Positions 46,111 through 57,482 of a stretch of 64,000 nucleotides of DNA are shown piece by piece; the stretch's first letter is position 1; each line of letters begins with the position of its first letter. The stretch is from NCBI RefSeq assembly GCF_003334785.1, contig NZ_QOWV01000001.1; one strand, given 5' to 3'. Under the pieces are notes generated by a model. It was given only the letters and a program-made list of their open reading frames with translations, ran no database searches and had not been told where the DNA came from. The position numbers and the translations under genes were made by a program. This DNA is from Escherichia coli (GTDB taxonomy: Bacteria > Pseudomonadota > Gammaproteobacteria > Enterobacterales > Enterobacteriaceae).

Positions 46111-46509
46111 TTACTCAACAGGTAAGGCGCGAGGTTTTCCTTCAGGATCAACCGCGACATACTTAAATAATGCTTCTGTCGCTTTATAGCGTTGCCCAAT
46201 TGGTTCAGACGCTACTTTTTTCACCCACACTTCAATATTAATGCTGACCGATGTCGTCCCTTTCTGGACACAGCGTGCATAGCAGCACACCACATCGCCG
46301 ACCGCAACCGGCCGTAAGAAAGTCATTCCTTCAACCCGCACAGTCACTACGCGACCGTGGGCAATTTCTTTTGCCAGAATAGCGCCGCCAATATCCATTT
46401 GTGACATTAACCAACCACCAAAGATGTCACCATTGGCATTGGTATCGGCGGGCATGGCTAAAGTACGTAAAACAAGATCGCCCTGAGGGACGTTATGTGT
46501 TGTAGACAT
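46111..46509 (-). CDS. yciA: acyl-CoA thioesterase (hotdog fold)
   Basis: 132-aa ORF. Confidence 0.9.
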   Translation of the reverse strand: MSTTHNVPQGDLVLRTLAMPADTNANGDIFGGWLMSQMDIGGAILAKEIAHGRVVTVRVEGMTFLRPVAVGDVVCCYARCVQKGTTSVSINIEVWVKKVASEPIGQRYKATEALFKYVAVDPEGKPRALPVE

Positions 46510-46613
46510 GGTAAAACCGACTTAAAAGGAAAATCACAGGCGCGATGCTACTATGATTTTCCTGAGGAGAACAGAGGAGATACAGCGCCAGCCCCGAAGG
46601 ACTGGCAGTCTGG

Positions 46614-47153
46614 TTAGGATTTATCTTCCTGCGGCATGTGGCGGTAGATATAGATACCGCTTAACAATGTGAAGATTAAGGTAAGGGCGGTCAGGCCAAA
46701 GACTTTAAAGTTGACCCAAATATTTTGCGGCAGCCAGAATGCGATGTAGATGTTTGCCAGACCGCAAAGGATAAAGAAAACAGCCCAGGCCAGATTCAGC
46801 TTCGACCATACCGGTTGCGGCAGCGTGAGTTCTTTACCCAGCATCCGCTGAATTAGCGGCTTTTTCATCACCCATTGGCTGACTAACAGGGCTCCCGCAA
46901 ATAGAGCATAAATGACTGTAACCTTCCATTTAATAAACTCATCATTGTGGAAGAACAGCGTCAAGCCACCGAAGACGACCACCAGAACAAAAGTGATCAG
47001 GGCCATCTTCTCAACCTTACGAAAGCGAACCCAGCTATAGATAAGCACAATCGCCGTGGCGACGATCAGCGCCGCAGTAGCCGCATAGATGTCATAAATC
47101 TTGTAAAACGCGAAAAAGACAACCAGCGGTAAAAAATCAAGAAACTGCTTCAT
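46614..47153 (-). CDS. yciB: inner-membrane septation-associated protein
   Basis: 179-aa hydrophobic ORF. Confidence 0.9.
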   Translation of the reverse strand: MKQFLDFLPLVVFFAFYKIYDIYAATAALIVATAIVLIYSWVRFRKVEKMALITFVLVVVFGGLTLFFHNDEFIKWKVTVIYALFAGALLVSQWVMKKPLIQRMLGKELTLPQPVWSKLNLAWAVFFILCGLANIYIAFWLPQNIWVNFKVFGLTALTLIFTLLSGIYIYRHMPQEDKS

Positions 47154-47182
47154 TTTACGATTCCGTAATCAAATGCTTAAGG

Positions 47183-47926
47183 TTATTGGCGAATCAACAT
47201 ATACAGGCGGAACAGATAGATGAGCAATATGGCTGAAATCAGGTTGCTCAAGGTGTTCGCCAGTACGGCACCAATTTCCGGGGTTAATGCGGCAAAAGAA
47301 GAGGCAAAAAGCAGCAACAGTGTTTTTGCCAGCAACCAGCTCAGTACTGCGGGTGCCACCAGACGCATATTCGCCCAAGTCAGCCGCATACTGCTACGCA
47401 TCGAGGCAAAAACGCCCATTTTGTCCTGTACCAACATCACCGGTGCCAGGGCCAGTAAAATGGCCATGATAATTCCCGGAACGACCACCAGCATGATGCC
47501 AATCTGTACTAAAAGGGTAGTCAGAAAAATCAGAATAAATAACTTTGGCAATATCGGCGCACTGGCACCAATAGCTCGCAGCGCACTGACTCTCTGACCC
47601 GCAGACACCAGCTGGATAATTAATATTACGCCTCCGGCGAGAATGGCGTTACCGATTAATCCTGAAAAAGTGGACGCCGCTGAAGCCTGCAGCAAAATTT
47701 GTTGCTGTTCCGGTGACATATTCTGAACCAGGTCGAACAACCCACTACTGCCGCTAACGGGCACGCCGTCATTGAGCTGCGCAAGCTGTGCATCACTGGG
47801 TGAGAAAACATGCCCTAACACCACTGTGATAAACGCACATAGCAACGATACCAACAGAATGGTCATAAATTGATTACGGAAGAAATTTCCGGTGTCACGG
47901 TATACGGACTGCGCCGTGATAGACAT
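47183..47926 (-). CDS. yciC: UPF0259 inner-membrane protein
   Basis: 247-aa hydrophobic ORF. Confidence 0.9.
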
Positions 47927-48120
47927 GCACTCTCCTTGAGTTTTATGCAGGTGTTAATTAGCGGGCAATTGTACCCTGGTTAAGCCTCGGGTGGCAGCAT
48001 CAGGTCTTGTATGGAAAAGCATATCTTTGTAAAGCGGAGGTAATTGCTGGCCTTCAGGCATGGGCAAATCGCGGCAAGTGGCGACCGAGTTAATATTTGC
48101 GTAGCGAAAATATTTAAAAA

Positions 48121-48134
48121 TTGATTTAAATCAC
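48121..48134 (+). promoter_or_regulatory. FNR-like half-site pair upstream of ompW
   Basis: TTGATttaaATCAC (one mismatch to TTGAT-N4-ATCAA) about 160 bp upstream of the ompW ATG. Confidence 0.4.
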
Positions 48135-48282
48135 ATTAACCAGGATTCTCAATGCAACTTCTAAATTAATCCAGATCAATAAAGGGTGAATTATCATATG
48201 TAATGTGATCTATGTAGGATCATTTGTTACTCCAATGTAGGTATATTCGTCACGTTTTTATAACCATAACGACGGAGCGGAT

Positions 48283-48921
48283 ATGAAAAAGTTAACAGTG
48301 GCGGCTTTGGCAGTAACAACTCTTCTCTCTGGCAGTGCCTTTGCGCATGAAGCAGGCGAATTTTTTATGCGTGCAGGTTCTGCAACCGTACGTCCAACAG
48401 AAGGTGCTGGTGGTACGTTAGGAAGTCTGGGTGGATTCAGCGTGACCAATAACACGCAACTGGGCCTTACGTTTACTTATATGGCGACCGACAACATTGG
48501 TGTGGAATTACTGGCAGCGACGCCGTTCCGCCATAAAATCGGCACCCGGGCGACCGGCGATATTGCAACCGTTCATCATCTGCCACCAACACTGATGGCG
48601 CAGTGGTATTTTGGTGATGCCAGCAGCAAATTCCGTCCTTACGTTGGGGCAGGTATTAACTACACCACCTTCTTTGATAATGGATTTAACGATCATGGCA
48701 AAGAGGCAGGGCTTTCCGATCTCAGTCTGAAAGATTCCTGGGGAGCTGCCGGGCAGGTGGGGGTTGATTATCTGATTAACCGTGACTGGTTGGTTAACAT
48801 GTCAGTGTGGTACATGGATATCGATACCACCGCCAATTATAAGCTGGGCGGTGCACAGCAACACGATAGCGTACGCCTCGATCCGTGGGTGTTTATGTTC
48901 TCAGCAGGATATCGTTTTTAA
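48283..48921 (+). CDS. ompW: outer-membrane protein W
   Basis: 212-aa ORF with signal peptide (MKKLTVAALAVTTLLSGSAFA) and C-terminal aromatic residue (GYRF). Confidence 0.95.
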   Translation: MKKLTVAALAVTTLLSGSAFAHEAGEFFMRAGSATVRPTEGAGGTLGSLGGFSVTNNTQLGLTFTYMATDNIGVELLAATPFRHKIGTRATGDIATVHHLPPTLMAQWYFGDASSKFRPYVGAGINYTTFFDNGFNDHGKEAGLSDLSLKDSWGAAGQVGVDYLINRDWLVNMSVWYMDIDTTANYKLGGAQQHDSVRLDPWVFMFSAGYRF

Positions 48922-48980
48922 TTCCGCACAAAAACGACCCCGTAATATACGGGGTCAATAAGGACATGGTATAAAGGGTA

Positions 48981-49487
48981 TTATTTCTTCGCTTCTACGC
49001 CATCAGTTTCAGAGCGAATTAAAAATTTCTCAGTTGTTTGCGGAATATTCTGAATCAGCCAGTCGGCCATTTGCTTTTCCTCATTTAAAATCGCTTCGAT
49101 GGTTGGAATTGAAGCTGTATCACCGGCATTTTTTGCTGCTGCTAATAGTGAGGTGTAACAGGCGATTTCAAATTGCTCGAAGACATATCCGCTAATAGAG
49201 CCTTTGACTATTTCATCAGAAGGGAATATACCACCGATTGACTGCCCAAGCGCAGCCATTTTACTCATGGAATCTTTAATGACTGAACGTGAAATGTCAT
49301 TACGATCAAGAATAGTTTCCAGTTGAACAATCTGGTTTTTGGTTTCACTAAGATGTTGTTCAATACGAGCGCGTAGTTCAGGATAATTATCTATACGGCT
49401 GGCCATGGATTCAAGCATAGATTCGGCTTGCTTTTCCATTGCGTGGGCGTCACGTAACCAGTCATGATAATGTTCAATACGATTCAT
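48981..49487 (-). CDS. yciE: ferritin-like DUF892 stress protein
   Basis: 168-aa ORF, paralogous in sequence to adjacent yciF. Confidence 0.88.
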   Translation of the reverse strand: MNRIEHYHDWLRDAHAMEKQAESMLESMASRIDNYPELRARIEQHLSETKNQIVQLETILDRNDISRSVIKDSMSKMAALGQSIGGIFPSDEIVKGSISGYVFEQFEIACYTSLLAAAKNAGDTASIPTIEAILNEEKQMADWLIQNIPQTTEKFLIRSETDGVEAKK

Positions 49488-49532
49488 GAAAATGTCCTCT
49501 TTATAAAATGACTAAAAGTTAAAATTCATATT

Positions 49533-50033
49533 TCAGGCTTTATTTTCGGCTTTCTTATTTACGTTATTAATGGCCAGATCAGTCAGTTTGATGTCGGTGG
49601 CCTTTTCTTCTTCCAGGGTTTCTTTCAGAAGCTTCGCTGCTTTACGGTAACCTAATTGTTCAGCCAGCGTCGCTAATGTCCCGTAACTGGCAATCTCATA
49701 ATGCTCGACTTTCTGTGCTGCGGCAATCAGTGCGGCATCACGCACTTCGTTTTTCTCGGTACTTTCGATGACCTCATTAGCTTCTTCAATAAGACCTTCC
49801 ATTGCCACACATTTCATGCGCTTAATTTTCAGGTTCGATTCGGACTCCACAACTTGATCAATACGTTCAATCTGTCCATGAGTTTCCTCGAGGTGCGCAT
49901 GAAAAGCCTGACTTAATTTTTCATTTGATGTTGCTCTTGCGAGTTTTGCCAGTGCCCGGGTTAATTGTTTTTCTGCGCTGTAGGTATCTGAAAGCAGGTG
50001 AATAAATACATCTTCAATGGTCTTCATATTCAT
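49533..50033 (-). CDS. yciF: ferritin-like DUF892 stress protein
   Basis: start at MNMKTIEDVF (166 aa). Confidence 0.88.
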   Translation of the reverse strand: MNMKTIEDVFIHLLSDTYSAEKQLTRALAKLARATSNEKLSQAFHAHLEETHGQIERIDQVVESESNLKIKRMKCVAMEGLIEEANEVIESTEKNEVRDAALIAAAQKVEHYEIASYGTLATLAEQLGYRKAAKLLKETLEEEKATDIKLTDLAINNVNKKAENKA

Positions 50034-50118
50034 ATTTTTCTCCAGTGAAATCACTGCGAGCCATACGGCCCGCAGATGCAATTATCTTTATCAGCTGATA
50101 TTAATAATTAACGGTGAA

Positions 50119-50298
50119 TCAGGATTTGCCTGATTTATTACCACCGCTTTGTTGACCGCCTTTTTTACCCGCTTCAGATGCGCGTTGCGGATCATTTTTA
50201 AAATTACCGCCGCTATGCTGACCGCCTTTACGGCCTGCGTCGGATGCCTTCTCACGGTCTTCGGCGAAATTTCCTGAACCACCACGATGTTCGGCCAT
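50119..50298 (-). CDS. yciG: small KGG-repeat stress protein
   Basis: 59-aa product from MAEHRGGSGNF...; contains two internal repeats of about 20 aa. Confidence 0.85.
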   Translation of the reverse strand: MAEHRGGSGNFAEDREKASDAGRKGGQHSGGNFKNDPQRASEAGKKGGQQSGGNKSGKS

Positions 50299-50640
50299 GT
50301 TATTTCTCCCGTTGCGTTGCATTGTTTCATTAATATGAGTGTTGTGTGTCGACACTCATTAAAATTAGTCGCTAATGAGAATTAGTCAAATTAAGCGCAA
50401 CGAGAAGATAGAGGGAAAATATATTTTGAGGAACATTCTGGATATATTAACAATTACCTGAGGAATAAGTGACTTAGAGAAAATTATTGATTTTACTGGT
50501 GTTATGTTGCGGGATTAATTTGTTTGATTATATTACTGTTGGGCGGAAAAATGACGTAAGTTGACGTTCGACCGGGGTAAGCGAAACGGTAAAAAGATAA
50601 ATATTAAATGAATTTAGGATTTTTCCGGCTTCATTAAAGA

Positions 50641-50672
50641 AAGTTAAAATGCCGCCAGCGGAACTGGCGGCT
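50641..50672 (-). terminator. trp operon terminator (trp t)
   Basis: gccgccag-cggaa-ctggcggc hairpin with U-rich run on the minus strand immediately after the trpA stop. Confidence 0.85.
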
Positions 50673-50678
50673 GTGGGA

Positions 50679-51485
50679 TTAACTGCGCGTCGCCGCTTTC
50701 ATCGGTTGTACAAAAACTTTCAGTGCCGCCAGCATTTTCTCTGGCTCATTAATATGTTGCTCGATGATTTTAACAATGGCCGAACCAGAAATCGCGCCCG
50801 CAGCTCCTGCATCAATCGCTGCTTTTACCTGATCCGGGGCGGAAATACCAAATCCCTGCAATGGAGGTGCAGCGTTGTACTCTTTCAGCTTCGCAACCAG
50901 ATGATTGAGGGGTAACGCGGCGCGGTTTTCTGCGCCGGTCACGCCTGCTCGTGACAGCAAATAGGTGTAACCACGACCGTAAGAGGCTATCTGGCGCAGC
51001 AGGTCGTCATCGGCATTTGGCGGGCAGATGAAGATAGGTGCGACATTATGACGCAACGCGGCCTGGCGGAAGGGCGCGGACTCTTCAACTGGCACATCGG
51101 CAACCAGCACCGAATCGACGCCGACTTTTTCGCACTGGGCATAAAACTCATCAATGCCTTTGTTAAACACCAGATTGGCATACATCAACAGGCCAATGGG
51201 AATGGTCGGGTGTTTCTGGCGAATCAGTGCCAGCATTTCAAAACATTGTGCCGGAGTCACACCTGCCGCAAAGGCGCGCAGAGTGGCGTTTTGAATCGTC
51301 GGGCCATCCGCCAGTGGGTCGGAGAAGGGGATACCTAACTCCAGCGCGTCAGCACCGGCTTCAATTAGCGTATCGATAATTTTCAATGACTGCTCAATGC
51401 CCGGATCACCGAGCGTGACGAAAGGAACGAATGCGCCTTCTTTGCGCTCCTTCAACTGGGCAAACAGAGATTCGTAGCGTTCCAT
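50679..51485 (-). CDS. trpA: tryptophan synthase alpha subunit
   Basis: 268-aa ORF; sequence recognised. Confidence 0.97.
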
Positions 51486-52678
51486 CAGATTTCCCCTCGT
51501 GCTTTCAAAATATCGTGAACGGTGAAGATGTCTTTATCGCCGCGACCGGAAAGGTTAACCACCAGTAGCTGCTCTTTATCCGGGTTTTCGCGCATCATTT
51601 TCAACGCATGGGCCAGGGCGTGGGAGGATTCCAGCGCCGGGATGATCCCTTCGTGCAGGCACAGCGTTTTGAAGGCTTCAAGGGCTTCATCATCGGTAAT
51701 AGACACGTAATCAGCGCGTCCAGTGCTGTTAAGATACGCGTGTTGTGGGCCGACAGACGGGAAATCCAGTCCGGCGGAGATGGAGTAAGATTCTTCAATC
51801 TGCCCGTCTTCGGTTTGCATCATCGGCGCTTTCATACCGAAATAGATACCCACGCGACCATGTTTTAGCGGTGCGCCGTGCTCGCCAGTTTCGATACCGT
51901 GACCACCTGGCTCCACACCAATCAGGCCGACGTTGGTTTCATTGATGAAATCAGCAAACATGCCGATGGCATTCGAACCGCCGCCAACACAGGCGATAAC
52001 GGCATCCGGCAGGCGACCTTCTCTTTCCAGAATCTGCGCTTTGGTTTCTTCGCCAATCATCCGCTGAAACTCACGCACAATGGTCGGATAAGGATGCGGG
52101 CCAGCTGCGGTGCCCAGCATATAGTGCGCGGTTTCGTAACTACCGGACCAGTCGCGCAGCGCCTCGTTACAGGCATCTTTCAGCGTCGCGGAACCGCTAT
52201 GCACCGGGATCACTTCCGCACCCATTAAGCGCATACGAAAAACGTTAGGCGACTGGCGTTCAACGTCTTTGGCACCCATATAAATACGGCATTTCAGGCC
52301 GAGCAGGGCGCTGGCAAGGGCCGACGCCACGCCATGCTGACCGGCACCGGTTTCGGCGATGATTTCGGTTTTACCCATCCGCTTCGCCAGCAACGCCTGC
52401 CCCAGCACCTGGTTAGTTTTATGCGCGCCGCCGTGCAGCAAATCTTCACGCTTGAGATACAGCGTGGTGTTCGTCCCGGCTGTAATGTTCTGGCATTTGG
52501 TCAGCGCGGTTGGACGCCCGGCATAGTTTTTCAGCAGGTCGTTGAACTGAGCCTGAAATTCAGGATCTTTTTGCGCACTGACAAAAGCTTCTTCCAGCTG
52601 GCGCAGAGCAGGCATCAGGATTTGTGGCACGTACATGCCGCCAAACTCACCAAAATAGGGGTTAAGTAATGTTGTCAT
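51485..52678 (-). CDS. trpB: tryptophan synthase beta subunit
   Basis: 397-aa ORF; 1-nt overlap with trpA. Confidence 0.97.
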
Positions 52679-52689
52679 TGTTCCTTTCC

Positions 52690-54051
52690 TTAATATGCGC
52701 GCAGCGTCTGGAAAACCGAGGCCAAAAGACGTGCGTCTTTGATGCCCGGTTGCGACTCTACAGCAGAATTAAAATCAAGTCCGGCGCAGCCGGTTTGTGC
52801 CGCTTCCACGCAGTTATCTGCGCCTAAGCCCCCCGCCAGCAGAACGTTGCCAAGCGATTGACCATTTAATAGTGACCAGTCAAAACGTTGCCCGCTTCCA
52901 CCCTGGCCGTTGTCTAAAACATATTTATCAACGTGCTGAAACTCGCGGGCGGGCAGGGTTTCACCGACGCTTAATGCTTTCCAGATGGCAACATGTGCTG
53001 GCAGAGCTTCACGCAGCGTATCGATATACAGCTGTTCTTCATTACCATGCAGTTGCACTGCCGCCAGCGATAACACCTTAGCTTTGTCCACCACATCGGC
53101 AATATCGTGATTGCGGAACACGCCAACATACTGCAACGGTGCCGCAGCCATCACTTCCTGCGCCTGTTCAACGTTGACGCAACGCGGTGATGTCGCAACA
53201 AAAATCAACCCACCGTAAATCGCGCCCGCGTCATAAGCTGCTTTAGCATCTTGCCCACGCGTCAGGCCACATACTTTATTCTCACCCAGCAACACCCGGC
53301 GCACGGCGGCGTGCAAATCGTCATGGGCCATCAACGCCGAACCAATCAGAAAACCGTTAGCGAAGTGGCTTAACTCGCGCACCTGAGCGTAAGTATTGAT
53401 GCCGGATTCGCTGATTACCGTCACGTTGTGCCCCAGTTTCGGCGCAAGCTCGCGGGTACGGTTGAGATCAATCGACAAATCACGCAGATCGCGGTTGTTG
53501 ATGCCAACGACCTTTGCTCCCAATGCAATGGCGCGCTCCTGTTCCTCTTCATTACTGACTTCGGTCAGCACCCCCATCTCCAGACTGTGAGCGACGGCGG
53601 CAAGCTGGCGATATTGGTCGTCATCCAGTACTGAAAGCATTAATAAGCAGGCATCGGCCTGGTAATAGCGCGCCAGATAGATCTGGTAAGGGTCGATAAT
53701 GAAGTCTTTACATAAAATCGGCTGCGGGGCGATTTGGCTGACGATGGGGAGGAAATTAAAGCTCCCCTGAAAATATTTCTCATCAGTCAGCACCGAAATT
53801 GCCGAAGCGTAATGTTTATAAATGGCGGCAATGCGTGCTGGATCGAAATCATCACGGATCACGCCTTTTGACGGCGACGCTTTCTTGCACTCCAGAATAA
53901 ACGCCGTGCGCGCACCCTGTAGCGCATCATAAAAATGTCGCGTGCTCGGCTGAACCTCATTCTGAAAACTGGCCAGCGGTTGCTGCTGTTTGCGGGCTTC
54001 TACCCAAATCGCCTTGTCTGCGACGATTTTCGCTAAAACGGTTTGCATCAT
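52690..54051 (-). CDS. trpC: bifunctional indole-3-glycerol-phosphate synthase / phosphoribosylanthranilate isomerase
   Basis: 453-aa ORF. Confidence 0.96.
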
Positions 54052-55647
54052 TTACCCTCGTGCCGCCAGTGCGGTGACTCTGTCGTAAGCGGAACCACTG
54101 CGCAGTACCTCAAGAACGGTTTGCGCATTGGCTTGCAGATCTTCATGGCCATGCAGGCGCATTAACATGGCGACGTTCGCAGCGACGGCTGCTTCATGGG
54201 CGGCGTCGCCTTTACCTTGTAACAAACGTGTTAAAATGTCACGGTTTTCTTCCGGTGTTCCGCCTGCCAGTTGCTCCTGGTGGTAGGGTGTCAGGCCAAA
54301 GTCTTCTGCGGTGAGCTGATAGCTTTTAATTTCGCCGTCATGCAGTTCGGCAACGATTGTCGGCGCGTGTAATGAAACTTCATCCATCCCGCCGCTGTGC
54401 ACCACCGCCGCGCGTTGATACCCCAGCACGCGCAAGGTTTCGGCAATCGGCAGCACCAGTTCCGGACTATAAACACCAATTAACGCCAGCGGCGGATGCG
54501 CCGGGTTAATCAATGGCCCCAGCACATTGAACAGGGTGCGGGTTTTCAGTTGCTGGCGAACCGGCATCGCGTGGCGGAATCCGGTGTGATACTTCGGCGC
54601 AAAGAGGAAACATACACCTAACTCATCCAGCGCCTGGCGCGATTTATCGGCGTTCATATCAAGATTAATACCGAACGCCGCCAGCAGATCGGACGAACCA
54701 GATTTACTGGAGACGCTACGGTTGCCGTGTTTCGCCACTTTCAGCCCACAGGCCGCGGCGACAAACGCACTGGCGGTAGAAATATTGATACTGTTGCTGC
54801 CGTCACCGCCAGTACCGACGATATCAGCAAACAGATAATCCGGGCGCGGGAACGGCGCTGCGTTTTCCAGTAGCGCGGTTGCTGCCCCGGCGATCTCGTT
54901 CGGGTGCTCACCGCGAATTTTCATGCTCACCAGCGCCGCCGCCAGTTGTTCCGGCTTCAGCTCGCCACGCACCACCACTGAAAACAGCTGGTGGCTTTCT
55001 TGTTGGCTAAGCGTCTGCGCCTGATACAGTTTTTCCAGAATCGGTTGCAGCGTGTTGGCTGGCTCTAGTTTCTGCTGCGCCCAGGCCAGCGTTTGTTCCA
55101 GCAGGCGAGCGCCCTGGGTGGTGAGAATGGATTCCGGATGGAACTGGAATCCACAAACGCGATCCGCATCGTGACGTACTGCCATCACCATGCCATTAAA
55201 ATGGGCGTTGATGGTTAAACCGGCCGGAATGTTACTGCCAACCAGCGAGTGATAACGCGCCACCGGCAGCGGGTTTGTTAATCCGGCAAACATCGCCTGA
55301 CCGTCATGTTCAATGCTGGAGGCTTTACCGTGGAGAATTTCGCCCGCCTGACCGACATAGCCCCCGTAAGCTTCGACAATCGCCTGATGTCCGAGGCAAA
55401 TGCCAATAATGGGCAGCTTGCCACGCAAGCGGGTGAGGAGTTCCGGCATACAACCGGCTTCGCTCGGCACACCGGGGCCAGGAGAAAGCATCAGCACCGG
55501 ATTGCTCATGGTCGCCAGGCGTTCAATTAAGGTTTGCGCCGGAATATGGTTGCGGTAAATCACCACGTTATGCCCATTGCTGCGCAACTGATCTGCCAGG
55601 TTGTACGTAAAAGAGTCGATATTATCGAGCAGCAGAATGTCAGCCAT
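54052..55647 (-). CDS. trpD: anthranilate synthase component II / anthranilate phosphoribosyltransferase
   Basis: 531-aa ORF with N-terminal glutamine amidotransferase region (GICLGHQ). Confidence 0.97.
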   Translation of the reverse strand: MADILLLDNIDSFTYNLADQLRSNGHNVVIYRNHIPAQTLIERLATMSNPVLMLSPGPGVPSEAGCMPELLTRLRGKLPIIGICLGHQAIVEAYGGYVGQAGEILHGKASSIEHDGQAMFAGLTNPLPVARYHSLVGSNIPAGLTINAHFNGMVMAVRHDADRVCGFQFHPESILTTQGARLLEQTLAWAQQKLEPANTLQPILEKLYQAQTLSQQESHQLFSVVVRGELKPEQLAAALVSMKIRGEHPNEIAGAATALLENAAPFPRPDYLFADIVGTGGDGSNSINISTASAFVAAACGLKVAKHGNRSVSSKSGSSDLLAAFGINLDMNADKSRQALDELGVCFLFAPKYHTGFRHAMPVRQQLKTRTLFNVLGPLINPAHPPLALIGVYSPELVLPIAETLRVLGYQRAAVVHSGGMDEVSLHAPTIVAELHDGEIKSYQLTAEDFGLTPYHQEQLAGGTPEENRDILTRLLQGKGDAAHEAAVAANVAMLMRLHGHEDLQANAQTVLEVLRSGSAYDRVTALAARG

Positions 55648-57209
55648 CAGAAAGTCTCCTGTGCATGATGCGCGGTGGCAATAGCGCGCAGTACAGCGCG
55701 GGCTTTGTTACGGGTTTCGTCGGCTTCCGACTGCGGAACAGAATCAAGGACTACACCAGCACCCGCTTGCACGGTGGCGATACCGTTTTCCACCAGCGCC
55801 GAGCGGATCACAATGCAGGTGTCGAGATCGCCATGCGCGGTGAAATAACCTACCGCGCCGCCGTAGCTGCCGCGGCGACGACCTTCCGCCTCGGCAATTA
55901 ACTGCATAGCGCGTACTTTCGGCGCACCGCTTAACGTCCCCATATTCATACAGGCGCGATAAGCGTGCAGGGCGTCAAGATCGTGACGCAGTTCGCCGAC
56001 TACGCGAGAGACGAGGTGCATCACATAGGAATAACGGTCAACTTTGGTGAGATCGGCGACGTAGCGGCTGCCGGGGGTGCAAATGCGTGCCAGATCATTA
56101 CGGGCGAGATCAACCAGCATCAGATGTTCAGACAGCTCTTTATGATCGGTACGCATTTCCAGTTCAATACGGCTGTCGAGATCTCTGTCCAGTGAACCAT
56201 CGGCGCGACGACCGCGTGGGCGTGTTCCGGCAATCGGGTAGATCTCAATCTGGCGGCTGGTGGCATCATACTTGAGCGAGCTTTCCGGCGACGCGCCAAA
56301 TAGGGTGAAATCATTATCCTGCATAAAAAACATGTACGGGCTGGGATTACTCTTTTTCAGCACGTAATAGGCCGCCAGCGGTGACGGGCAGGGCAGAGAG
56401 AAACGGCGAGATGGCACCACCTGGAAAATTTCTCCAGCGCGAATCGCTTTTTGCAACAAACGCACTACGCCACCGAACTCTTCATCGCTCTGATTACATT
56501 CACAACGCATATGCGGCACGGAAACCACTGGCAGCGGCGGCGCGGCTTCGGTCAGTTGCTGACGTAGTTCGTTCAGGCGAGCAGTGAGACGTTGTTTTTC
56601 TTCTTCATTCGGAGCAAACAGGCTGGCCTGAATACGGGTGCTTTTTTTCTGATGGTCAATCACCATCAGCGTTTCAGCGAGATAAAAACAGAAATCAGGG
56701 CAGTTATTTTCCGCTGACAGTTGCGGTAAATCTTCAAATCCCGCCACAAGGTCATAAGAGAACAGGCCGCCGAAGAACATGGCTTCTCGTTCTTCCTTCG
56801 GTACATTCAACAGATTCTGCAATAAACGGAAAGCGTCAAAAACCGAAAGGGAGCATAAGCGGGCGTCTTCATCCAGCAGTGGACTGACAGGGGGGAAGCG
56901 CAGCACACGGCAGTTTGGTGATTGTTCACTTTCCACACCCGCAGGCAGGGCGTTATCCAGTAGTGCCAGCAGGGCTTCGCCGTTGCCGGAAAGTGCCTGG
57001 ATTGTGACAGTGTCACCTAAAGCTGTAATGCGCAGCGCACTGTCTACCAGCAGCAGGCTTTTTAAATCATCTTTGCTGTCGATATCTGCGGATTCCAGCA
57101 GCAGCGTTGCCGGACGATCCCCACACAACTGGTGAAAAAGCGCGGTGGGATTGTCGCGATAAGCGCCTTCGCAGGTTAGCAGTTCGAGAGTCGGTTTTTG
57201 TGTTTGCAT
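55647..57209 (-). CDS. trpE: anthranilate synthase component I
   Basis: 520-aa ORF; 1-nt overlap with trpD (UGAUG). Confidence 0.97.
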   Translation of the reverse strand: MQTQKPTLELLTCEGAYRDNPTALFHQLCGDRPATLLLESADIDSKDDLKSLLLVDSALRITALGDTVTIQALSGNGEALLALLDNALPAGVESEQSPNCRVLRFPPVSPLLDEDARLCSLSVFDAFRLLQNLLNVPKEEREAMFFGGLFSYDLVAGFEDLPQLSAENNCPDFCFYLAETLMVIDHQKKSTRIQASLFAPNEEEKQRLTARLNELRQQLTEAAPPLPVVSVPHMRCECNQSDEEFGGVVRLLQKAIRAGEIFQVVPSRRFSLPCPSPLAAYYVLKKSNPSPYMFFMQDNDFTLFGASPESSLKYDATSRQIEIYPIAGTRPRGRRADGSLDRDLDSRIELEMRTDHKELSEHLMLVDLARNDLARICTPGSRYVADLTKVDRYSYVMHLVSRVVGELRHDLDALHAYRACMNMGTLSGAPKVRAMQLIAEAEGRRRGSYGGAVGYFTAHGDLDTCIVIRSALVENGIATVQAGAGVVLDSVPQSEADETRNKARAVLRAIATAHHAQETF

Positions 57210-57230
57210 TGTTATTCTCTAATTTTGTTC

Positions 57231-57258
57231 AAAAAAAAGCCCGCTCATTAGGCGGGCT
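57231..57258 (-). terminator. trp attenuator (3:4 terminator hairpin plus U8)
   Basis: minus strand reads AGCCCGCCtaatgaGCGGGCTTTTTTTT between trpL and trpE. Confidence 0.9.
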
Positions 57259-57300
57259 GGGTATCTGATTGCTTTACGCATGGTGAATACACTGCCCGTT

Positions 57301-57345
57301 TCAGGAAGTGCGCCACCAACCTTTCAGTACGAAAATTGCTTTCAT
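57301..57345 (-). CDS. trpL: trp operon leader peptide (14 aa, tandem Trp codons)
   Basis: minus strand atgaaagcaattttcgtactgaaaggttggtggcgcacttcctga = [14 protein letters not shown]. Confidence 0.95.
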
Positions 57346-57369
57346 TGTCGATACCCTTTTTACGTGAAC

Positions 57370-57410
57370 TTGCGTACTAGTTAACTAGTTCGATGATTAA
57401 TTGTCAACAG
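57370..57410 (-). promoter_or_regulatory. trp promoter and TrpR operator
   Basis: operator palindrome gtactagttaactagt(t)c and -35 TTGACA (tgtcaa on plus strand at 57403-57408). Confidence 0.85.
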
Positions 57411-57482
57411 CTCATTTCAGAATATTTGCCAGAACCGTTATGATGTCGGCGCAAAAAACATTATCCAGAACGGGAGTGCGCC

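Noticed and set aside
48040-48120. Possible small ORF with a GGAGG-like ribosome-binding site upstream of ompW (TTG start, about 27 codons)
   Set aside because: It needs a non-ATG start with poor spacing and has no other support; it is more likely part of the ompW promoter region.
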